64,000 bases of DNA from Lama glama (lineage: Eukaryota). The notes beneath the pieces were generated by a model. It searched no databases. It was not told where the DNA came from and saw only the letters and a list, made by a program, of their open reading frames with translations. The DNA lies in the NCBI GenBank assembly GCA_028534125.1, contig CM052816.1:43526001-43590000 (forward strand). The letters are read 5' to 3'. This document shows positions 12,760 to 23,300 of the stretch, in pieces. Within the stretch, counting starts at the first letter, position 1. Each line of letters opens with the position of its first letter. The translations under genes were made by a program, and so were the position numbers.

Positions 12760-13642
12760 AGGTAGGCAGGATAATGGCTCCCCAAAGATGTCTAGGTCCT
12801 AATCTCCTACAGATTAGGACCTGGACATCTAATCAAAGAATCTGTGAATATGTTAAGTTACATGGGAAAGGAGCACTGGTGCCGTAGATGGAATTCATGT
12901 AGCTAATCAGCTGACAAAGTGATAATCCTGAGTTATCCAAGTGGGCCTAGTGTAATCACAAGCATCCTATGGTGGAAGAAGGAACTGGAAGAGAGAACCT
13001 GCTGGGTGGCAGCCTGAGAACTTGATGTTGTTGGCCTTGAAGATGGAAGAGAGGGGCCAGGATCCCAGGAAAGTAGGCAGTCTCTAGGAGCTTGCTATGG
13101 TCTGAATGTGTCCTCTCAAAATTCGTAAGTTGAAATCCCAGTGCCTAATGTGATAGTATTAGCAGGTGGAGCCTTTGGGAAGTGATCAGGTCATGAGGGT
13201 GGAGCCCCCTGAAATGGGATTAGTGCCTCAGAAAACAGACCCCACAGGGCTCCCTCAACCCTTCTGGCGTCTGAGGGTAGGATAAATCTGCAACCAGTAG
13301 AGACCCTCAAATGACCATGCTGGCATTTTGATCTTGAACTTACAGGCTCCAGAACCGTGAGAAATAAAATTCTGTTGTTGACAAGCTATCTAGCCCGTGA
13401 CATCCAGTATGTCGCATTTTGTGTAGCAGCCCGAATGGACTCAGATAGAGCTGGAAAGAGCAAGGACATGGATTCTCACTTTTAGCCTCCAGAAGGAGCA
13501 CAGCTCTGCTGACACCTTAATTTTAGCCGAATGAGACTCACCTCAGTTCTGCCACCCAGAGCGATAAGATAATATGCTTGTGTCATTTTAAGCCACTACA
13601 TTTGTGGTGATTTGTTACAGTTGCCATAAAAAAACAAATATA
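12760..13642 (+). mobile_element. MLT1D-like MaLR LTR, interrupted by an MLT1A-like LTR
   Basis: GGTAGGCAGGATAATGGCTCCCCAAAGATGTC start, TGTGAATATGTTAAGTTACATGG, and a 3' part TTTAAGCCACTACATTTGTGGTGATTTGTTACAG. Confidence 0.85.
13093..13447 (+). mobile_element. MLT1A/A0-like solo LTR with 5-bp TSD GAGCT
   Basis: Starts TGCTATGGTCTGAATGTG, has AATAAA at ~13363 and ends GGACTCAGATA. GAGCT at 13088-13092 and 13448-13452. Confidence 0.9.
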
Positions 13643-15589
13643 CTCCCCTGATAATTAACAGGTGATTAGTGATATTTGGAGACTAGGTTCTCAGACTCGG
13701 TCTGGTCAGGGAAGGATAATTTTTCAACAGTCAGTTCTGGGAAGAGATCAGAACCAGACCTGGAGAAGGGCCGGGTAGGGAGAGGTAGAGGCCTGAGGCA
13801 ACAGCACTGCCGCTCTGAGCGCTTTGCTGCAAATACAGCTTTTCTCCTGATCCCAACTGTTTCCTCTTTATCGTCTCTGTTTAGTTTTTCTCTCCTTGAA
13901 AGTAAATCACAAGGCTTTCCCAGAAAGGTGTGACCTTTATGGATACCTATTTACAAAAGTGTGGTGGGTTGAGAATCACGAAAATGCTATGGTAAACAAA
14001 AATCAGCATGCTTTAGGATTAGTAAAAGTTAGTATGTTGACTAAAATTAGAATCAGTCAATTACTCTAAGAATATGAAAAATAAAGAGATTTCATGTGGT
14101 AGCTTAACCCTCGAACACAATCATTTAAGCATATTTACGTCATTTAAAATTCTATGGGTAAAACATGCAAAAATGTAAATCTACTAATTTAAATACGTAA
14201 TTTGAATGTCCACATCATAGGGCAGAGTTTATTGTTAATTTGGGAGCATACATCCTAACTATATAAGTAAGATGCTTGTTCGTCTTAAGTGCTTTAGTGA
14301 ATGTTTGAGTCAAAGGACTGCTTCCATGAACCAAGGTTTTTATTAGGTTTTTAAACCTCAGACTTTTAGAGAGGCATGTATTTTGAAATGAAATAGTGGC
14401 ACGTATTTTCCTACATTTCAGATCTTCTAACAACTAGAAATTGTTTAGGGAAGCAAATGAGAAAAGTAAAAGCACTGATTCTTACTATCCTGGGAGTTAA
14501 GTTCAAAGTTTCAGTCAAAGACGTGTGTTCAAGAAAAATACTAGTAAAAAACCAACGTCGTCTCCCCAACATGTGCAGCAGCTTAATACAGAAAGCTATT
14601 TTTACTGTATAAAGGGAAACATAGTTGTTTTGAGCATTTTCTTAAAGAGACCCTGTAACGAAAGAAAAATGGAGTACGAGGCACTGTGTTCAGTGACGCA
14701 GGCACAGCTTCAGGGCTCCCTGGATTTGGCGTCTCTCCACCTCCGTACACATTTCAGGGGAAACAATAGAGAAGTGACAATTGCGAATTTTGAAAAGAGA
14801 GTGAATTTAGGGAATTAGAACCGACAATAGCTAATGTCAAAAGGTGCCAAGGAAACGATCACATTTAAAAACTTGTTGCTTTTTAAAGACAGAGAAAAAG
14901 TGAAGGAAGAAACCCCCAAATCCCGCTCTGTTAGGCCTATAGTCATTTCATTTAAAAGTCTATCTTTGAAAATTTTGGTATGTTTCTCATGCTCCTTGTA
15001 GTACTTACTGAGTTAAATGTCTGCATTTGTCTCTGGGATATACTAACTTCCCCAGGTCACCGAGGCAGTGATCTCCTGCGTGACATTCGAAGTCTGAAAA
15101 GCTAAAGGATCCTGCATGTTGACTTGCTCTTTGTTACTCTAGTTCATCCGGAGTTTACGGAGGGATCCGGAGTACCAGGCGTGCTGGTGGGGGTGTTAAT
15201 CTGGCGTCTGAGACTGCCTATTCCGTTACATCTGGGTTTGCTGTTGCTGTTTTTGGATCCTTCTGGTTTGTAAGGAAGAATTTATATACTGGGAGACCCT
15301 AGATTACCCGCTCTAACAATTTGCTTCTATGCCTTCTAAGCATACAGAGCAGATAAAGACTGATTGGAGTCAGAAAAAGTAGGCATAATGATTTAAATGT
15401 TAAAAGAATATCTTTCCAAATTTGAGTTCCCAAGCTCATTTGGATCTCATTATTTTGATATCAGTAAATGCTATTTTATTTTAAATTAAGTCTAACATTT
15501 AGCAGGACTTTGTTTTTCAGACTTCTTTCCCTAGGCAGTACATTTTCCCGGCACTGCCACTGACCATCAGAGTTGCTGACACCAGGCTT

Positions 15590-16400
15590 TTTTTCACTGT
15601 CTTTGATGTCTTCCATGACTATCAAACATCTCCTCCTGGACATGACAGTACCACCCAAACTCAGTTTGTTCATAACTGAGCTCATTATCTTACTCCCATC
15701 CCCACCCCCCCTCAGATTTGTTTCCCTTCTTATATATGCATTTACATCACCATCCATTCACTTTCCCATTCTGGAAGCCTGAGAGTCATCCTCACGTCCC
15801 CCTCCTCCTCCACACGCTCACTAAACCCTGTGGATCCCAACTTCTCCCGATCTCCTGTTTCACTCCCTCTCCTCTACTTCAGCTCCTTTGCTGCTGTCTT
15901 CACTCAAGCCACCCTTGGTCGTGCCTACATTCCTTGCCTTGTCTGCTTGTTCCCCAGTTTCAGTCTAACCCCCTTCCATTCTGCCATCCACCTGGATGTC
16001 AGACAGATCTTTCTGAAATACAGACGACATCACATTACTCCTATTTCTAATCCCTCAGTGGCTTCTCATTGCCTACATGACTTTGTTTACATTCCTTTAC
16101 AGAGTAAAGAAGCCCCTTTAGGATTTGACCTCCATCTATTTTTCCAGCTTGGCTTCCATTCCTCCCACCCCTGTATGTTGAGGGAGCCATCCATCCATGT
16201 GGTACGGCTTACAAGTCCCTGAAGGTACCAGCTAATATATATCCATGGGCCTTAGCACTCAGTATTTCCTCTGCTTGGAATAAATGCTCTCACACCCCCA
16301 TCACCCCTCGGGAGCTCTCCCCCTTTATGTAATCATTGGACTGAATTAATTCATGGCATTCAAAGTACTTATTTCCATGTCTGTCTTCTCTACCACTTGA
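15590..16400 (+). mobile_element. L2 LINE fragment
   Basis: Pyrimidine-rich L2 motifs: AACTGAGCTCATTATCTT, CCTGAGAGTCATCCT, GATCTTTCTGAAATACAG, CCCTCAGTGGCTTCTCATTGCC. Confidence 0.75.
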
Positions 16401-17168
16401 TTATCTTTCAAAAGTTTTATCATTTTGTCTTTCTCCTTTTAGTCTTTAATCTACTTGGAATTCATTTCTGTGTACTTGTGATATAGAGGTTCAACTTCAT
16501 TTTCTTCCCTGTATGGATAACATTCATTAAAATGTTTCCTTACTGATCTGCAATGCTATAGCTTCATTACACAAGTTTATATGTAGGTGTGTGTCTGCCT
16601 CTAGATTCTACATTCCATTCCTTTATTTTTCTTTATTATGTACCAGTTCTACACTGTTAATATAATTCTATAGTATTTCTTTTTTTTTATAACTTAGATA
16701 CTTTTTTTTTAAACATTTTTTCTTGATGTCAGACAGGACAGTTCACTCACCTTATTCTTTGTCAAAGAGAGACTTAGCTACTCTTCCTCAATCCTTGATC
16801 TTCCATACAAAGTTTAGATTCGGCATCTGAGTTTCACCGAAAACCTTTAGGAGTTTGATTAGAATTGCCTTCCGTCTATAGATCAATTTGAGGAGAAATG
16901 ACATCTTTATACTATTTAGTAATTCTATCTATGAACATGGCATGTCCCTCAACTCTTTTAGGTCTTCTTTGATGTTTTCCAATCAAGTTTAAGAAATTTC
17001 TCCATAAGGATTTTGCAAACCTCAATTTATAATTAAGTTTGAGTTTTCTACATACATTATATTATTTGTGAATCATGATAGATCTCTTTCCTCCTTTAAA
17101 ATCCTTTTTATTTTTTTTCAAGACTTTTGACACACTGTTAAGTAGAAGTAGTCATAGTGGGAATCCTC
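16400..17168 (-). mobile_element. Old L1M ORF2 fragment (right part continues at ~18920-19430)
   Basis: TCTATAGATCAATTTGAGGAGAAATGACATCTTTA and AAGTAGAAGTAGTCATAGTGGGAATCCT are decayed equivalents of the ORF2 segments in the young L1 at 11.4-11.9 kb. Confidence 0.8.
16682..16718 (-). mobile_element. Ultra-short young L1 tail insertion (~37 bp) inside the old L1
   Basis: T9-AAACATTTTTT matches the young L1 terminus at 10758-10778. Flanked by TTTCTT (16676-16681 and 16719-16724). Removing it restores the old-L1 phrase ATAGTATTTCTTGATGTC. Confidence 0.6.
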
Positions 17169-18920
17169 TGGCTTCTCTTAAGATTTTCTTTGTCCTTGGT
17201 TTTCTGTAATTTGAAGACAATATGTCTAGATGGCTTTTTTTTGTTTGTTTTTGTTTTTGTCTTTTGCTAGTAAAAGGATAAACTTGCTTGGTGTTCTTTG
17301 AGCTTCTTGGATCTGTGGTTTGGTGTCTGTCTGTCATTAATATGGAAAGTTGTTGGCTATTATTAGTTCAAACATTTCTTCTTCAGTCTCTTTAACTTCT
17401 AAGTGTTTGTTACACATTTTGAAGTTGCCCCACTGTTCTTGGCTAGTCTGCTCTGTTTTTTCATTCGGGTTTCTCTTTGTATTTCAGTTTGAGAACTTCC
17501 TATTGATCTGTTTTCCTCAAGTTTGCTAATTCTTTCCTCATCCATGTCAAGTCTCCCGATGAACTCATCAAAGGCATTGGTCATTTCTTTTACTGTATGT
17601 ACGTATAGCATTTGTAATGTAGAGCATTTCCTTTTTATCCTTTTTTAATGTTTCCATCTCTTTACTTACATTATCCATTTGAATTTCCATCTTGTTTACT
17701 TTTTTCATAAGAACCTTTAACATAGAAATCTCAGTTACTTAAAATTCCCTGTTTGATAATTCCAACAGCTGTGTCATATCTGAATTTGCTTCTGATGATT
17801 GCTTTATCTCTTCAGATTGTGGATTTTTCTTTTTTTTTCCTTTTGGCATCCTTGTAATTTTTTTTCTATAAGCAGGACAGATTGTATCAGGTAATAGCAA
17901 CTAATTTAGTAAGTCTTTAGTGTGAGGATTTATAATAATCTTGCTAGGAGTTGGCCTGTGTTTAATGTTTGTTGTAGCTGTGGTCCCAAAAGCTTCAAAT
18001 TCCTCTAGCATCCTTGCTTAGTCTCCTGTTTTTGCTTTGGGGCTTGCCTATGTACTGCTCCTCAGAGACAGCCTGTGTCTTACAGCTTTTTTTTTTTTTA
18101 GCGATAATCCATTATTATTATAGTGAAGCCCTGTGGGTGTGATAGTAGGGGTGGAGAGGGGTAGTACTCTGAACCTGATGGACTCTCAGTCTTCGGTGAG
18201 CCTGTGTCTAGTGGCGTGGGCTTCACAACTCTTTCTGTCCCTCCTACAGGGATTTGCTATTCTTTCCCTGTCGTCTGCTCTCTTCCTCACCTGCAGCACT
18301 TCATATTTGTTTCCTTGAAGCTCTGTCCCTGGTTCACTATGGTTTTTGTTTTTTCCCTTGAGTGAGACAGAAGGCTGGAGGTGGCAGGAATGGGGAGACA
18401 TTCCTAACCCCTAGGATAAGGTTTCAAATCTGTGCTAAGGCAAAGTCGTTTGCCTTAGAGAGCTAGCCTCTGAGATGGAGATGTCTCTGGCATATTTCAC
18501 AAGGACTGTTCTTCCTGTCTCCTTGCCAGAGCTACAAGGGACTCTTTCTTTAGTTCTCAGATCCTCAAGTGAGAACCTGTTGGAGTTCCTGGAAGAGAGA
18601 AAGCCGTTGAAGATCTTCAGGGACCATTCTAAAACTGTGGCCCCAGGAGTTTCTTACTTTCATATTAGTCCACACTTAGTCTTCAGCAATTTTCAAAATT
18701 ACTACTTATTTTTTCCTATCGGTTTCTGGCTCCAGCCACTTCTGCTGTTTCTTTCTGGATGTTCCTCTCTCCACATTTCGGGGGGGGGGTAATTTTTCTC
18801 CAACTTTAGTTATCTGATAGATAAAAAATTTTTTTTTTTGATTTTCAGTTTGTTCAGCTTGCTCTTGTTGTAAGGATGGAGGGACTCCTTATATCTTGGA
18901 GCTGAAATCACAAGTCTCAA
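17169..18920 (-). mobile_element. L1M 5' portion (5' UTR and decayed ORF1)
   Basis: ORF 17399-17611 translates as KEMTNAFDEFIGRLDMDEERISKLEE...QTEIQRE, resembling the L1 ORF1p coiled coil. A further frame gives KILREAR-type ORF1 sequence. Confidence 0.8.
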
Positions 18921-19430
18921 CTTAGGTTTATTCTTGATAGAAACTAACTTGATGATAGTGTATTTTGTATACAGTGATTAATTAAGTTGACTAATATTTT
19001 ATTTGGAACTTTTGAATCTATATACATAAATGAGATTGGCCTGTAATCTTCCTTTCTCTTATTGTCCTTGTTTAGTTTTAGTAACAAGTTTTTATAAAAT
19101 CACATAAAATGAGTTGTCCTTCCTTCCCTGCTTTTTCTATACTCTGGAATTATTTGTGTAAGATTGGAATTATTTGTTCCCTGAAAGTTTTGTAGAAATT
19201 GCCTGTAAAATTGTCTGGGCCCTTTTTTTTTTTTTAATTTGTGGGAAGATTTTTAAACTCTACTTCAGTGTCCTTTATGGTTATGGTACTACTCAGGTTA
19301 ATATCTTCTTGAGTATGTTTTCATTATTGTTTTCCAGAAATTAGTTCATTTAGTCTAAGTCTTCACATTTATGATAGAAATAATATTACTCATTACATTT
19401 TCCTATTGGTGTATCTACTGTTTTCCTTTT
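18920..19430 (-). mobile_element. Old L1M ORF2 fragment
   Basis: ATAAATGAGATTGGCCTGTAAT, AAGATTGGAATTATTTGTTCC and CCTGTAAAATTGTCTGGGCC match recalled reverse-strand L1M ORF2. Confidence 0.8.
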
Positions 19431-20399
19431 TGGTATCTTGCTCCTGTAGTGTAGATCATAATTGACCTGGAGATAATTTTCTTTAGGAAACTTCTCTGAT
19501 AACCCAGTATATGATTAGGCCAGGGCTGGGTTTTAGAAAATGTGCTTCCTACCACTTTCCAGTCAGGGTCATCTGTTAGCAACTCTGAAGAGTTACATCC
19601 TTCTCCAAGTGTCTTCTGTCATTCTGTGGCATATGTTGGGACTTGGCCTAGACTGTGTCTGTGTCTATAGGTTTAAAATGTCTTTAATAATTGGATCTTT
19701 TTGATATCTTAACATTTGATGAAGATCTCTGCAACCAATTTGGCTAGAGTCTGCATGCAGCAGTCCAATTCGGAGGCTGCATTTAGACACAGCCTCAAAA
19801 TTCAAAGGAACACGAGCAAAGTCCTAGTCACGCCATAGTTTGTGGCTGCCAAAACGTGGACACGGAAGCAGTTATTTTAAAACTTGATAAGCAACACAGC
19901 ATTTTGGAGAATTGTGGAATAAAATGAATACTTCTTGTTGCCCAGTTGGAAGAGCATTGGCATGATTATTTACATCTTTCACATTGAATGCCCTTTATCT
20001 GATCATAGAATATATGTTTTGGGTAAGAAACCTCTTTAAGCATAATTTATATTTTAGGTAAGAGAATTTTTTCAAGCAAGATTGATGTTCTAGAGACTTT
20101 TCTATGTTTAGTATTTTATTCTGGTGGGATTTAGTAATCTTTTGTTTAAAATGAGCTTATATTGCATTTTTATTTTTTAAATATAATTTATATAAAAGTG
20201 TAAACTATGTATCTATTATATATTTAGATTCCTAGATGCCTTTATATAATACTCCTGTATTACATTTTTTGGGGGTATAATTTATACACAAGTTAAATTG
20301 GGAAGTTGGAAACTTCTTCAGTGTTCATGTAATGTTTAATTTAAATTATTTCCAACCACAGCCCAAGTCTCATGCTGCTATGGACAATCTGTGTTTCTT

Positions 20400-23300
20400 G
20401 GTATATGTTCCAACATTTTATTTAACAAAATAGAAATAGAAGAACAAATATAAAGGCACCAAATGTGAAGTGTAGCTAGAAGGCTTTGACAGACATAACA
20501 GCGAAGCTACTTCATCTTTACAGTGTTTGATTCAGGGACATTGTAACTCAAAAGATTTCATCTTTGAGCATTTAATTCTGTAATTTAAAGAACAACTCAA
20601 AACAACATAAAAAAAGCAGAAGTGTCCAGTTCAGTCCTCATGCACATAAATCCGAAAGTATGAAGTGACATCAGCTCTAGCAAATGCAATCTTGATTTGA
20701 TTCTGATTGCTTCGAAGAGCCTCCAGCCAACGTCCTCATTTAGTCAAGTTCAGGGATACTAAGTCAGCTTGGAAAAATAATTATTAATGATTAAAAATAT
20801 AAATGACATCGATAAAACATGATGTTGCTGTCTTGAGATCTTCAGGACACACATTTATACATGAAATGAATTCCATCAAAAGCTAAAATTACCTTCCATT
20901 TAGTGATTAAGACAGACATTAAATATTAGCAAAAAACTGTTAGATAATAAAAAAATTTGACCAAGGCAAGTATTCTTATTTTATAGTCTCTTTACGTATA
21001 TTTTTTTAGAACACAAAAGATGACCGCTAATGGCTTATTGGAAGGTGTAATCTCACGGATTGTGTCACTGCTGAGAAACCTTTAGATGTTTCCAGGGGAG
21101 CGAAGGAGATGTCAGTGTAAGGCCAAAGCTTCTGGGTGGCACCAGTGGTAAACCTAGGAGTGTAGATGAGAGATGGTTGTCCTGAGCTGAGGTCTTTGAG
21201 CACCTTTTCGAGAAGGCTGACTTGTGGTAGTAGCCTGAGATGTAGCCAAAGGAACATTTGAGTAAGTATTTTGGCAGTCCCCACACCCCTCCCCAAGCTC
21301 TTAGTGGATGGCATTATAGGTTGTATTCCCGCTGAGTCTGTTTCCCACTCATTTCTTGATTGGTTTCTTAACTTGGCGTATATTCTTCATCACCTCATCT
21401 GTAGAAATTTAAGTCTTCTCAGAGCCTTAAAGAAATGGGAGCGATTCTGAAGATCCATCCATCAGCAAAAACAAAGGCTCCATCAGAACCAACAAGCGGA
21501 CGTGGCAGAGTATGGGGAATAGCAAAAAATCAATGTTGTGTGATTGGAAGAGCAATCCACTGATTGACTGAATGAAGAGTTTTTCCTTTTTCATCTGTCT
21601 ACCTGGCTTATGTCACGTAGATGTATTTGATACCAGGAATGTTATTTGGAAACAGTGTTGTAAATGGAAGAACCCTTTGTATTTAGCACCTTATTCTTTT
21701 TAGGATGATTTTGGAAAATTTCTCAGATTTTACATCTGGCTGCTTCCTTTCCACCTGAAAAAGATGTGACCAACTAGGTGGATAGTGAGACTAAGTTTAG
21801 TCATAAGAAAACAAGCCTTTGGCTTTTTTGAATTACATCTTCAGGGCTCTTTATGTTACCAGTATGTACCAGATAATGATTTATAAACCAACCATCACTG
21901 TTATCTAAAAATGCTTATTAATTGTTTATCTACAATATGTTGAGAATCTATTTCATCCTAATGAGTTATAGATCTGCTTGTGGAAGATAATTTAGAATAG
22001 AGTTTTTTTTTCCTGTGCCCATTGGTAAATTTAATGCAGTCTATTAAATTAAAAAAAAAGACTTCTTCAATACTCACATGTTAAAATGTTACAGTAAAAA
22101 ATTTTGGGGGGGAAATTTATTGCTGCAAAAAAGTTTTTTAAAGTCAAGAAAAAGATACTTGTGGATAAGTATGGAAATATTGTCATCAATTGTGTCTGTA
22201 ACTGTAAGATGTGGGGTTTAGAAGTGCCACCTTGGATAATGTGAGTGAATCACCAGTTTTCAGAGGAAACATCTCAAGCATCTAAGCATTACCAAATGAC
22301 TGACATTATCATTTTGAACTTCAAAGAATGCTTTTGGATTATGATGGTAATTATTTGTGGAAATGACAGGAGTCCATATGATGCATGGTGAAACTGTAAA
22401 GTGCTCCCCTGTCCCTCTACTGATTCATACCTGCTCTGAGTAGATCTTTTCTGCTCTTTGGATGAAATAGGAGGCAGGTCCCATGACTTTGCCAGTTTCT
22501 CCCAGAAAATCCAAAGCTTTCGAGTCCCTTTAGTCATAAAACCCATTCTCTTTTCAAATCTCATGTGATAGCAAAATTTTACACTTTCTTTCAAGTTGAA
22601 GCTTCTGCCTTCTTCCAGCTTGGACCTGTTCAGGCTGGAAGTCGCAGGGGCAGGCAGGTATGGAGAGCAACTCTATGTTCTTATAGTTTATTTATTCTCT
22701 CTTTACCCACCCCACTTGGCTGTCTCTGGTTCCTCCAGGCTTGTGAGGGGAATGGAAGAGAGGGAGTAGCCAGGAAATGCCTTTGCCTGGCTTTGGGGTT
22801 CTCTGGTCTTAGTGGTTGTTGAAGGCTGAGTCTTGAAGGGGCACTTTTGTGGGTTTCTTTGAAACTCATCCCTGTGGGCACTCCTGAGTCAGCTTCCTGT
22901 GACTTGGGCCATGACGCTTCTGTTTTCTGACTATTTTCAGTGTCTCCCTCAGCCTCAGGGCCGGTGGTAAGCCATCACTTTCACTCCTGGGAGAGGCACA
23001 ACACCCTTTCAGGAAATCCTCTTGGGCAAAATTTAAAATGGTTCCAGGCTAGTTCTCTCCTTCATGGCCAGCATCTGGTTCCTGTAAAACACTTATCAGT
23101 GCCTCTCCTCCCTTGTTTGTTATCACAGTTTACTTCCGATAAAGTTTTCTTTCTCAGCTGCCATCAGCCACTTCAGCCAATTTCTCCCATGTGGACTTTG
23201 TGTGTGTGTGTGTGATTCAGTTACCAGTGCACTGGGGTCCTAAGCTCTAGGGGAGACTTGCCAAGTTCCTCCCACCGAGCTGGAGGTGAGGGGAAAGCAG

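Noticed and set aside
22540..23275. Possible old LTR
   Set aside because: Composition is suggestive, but I could not define termini, a TSD or a family.
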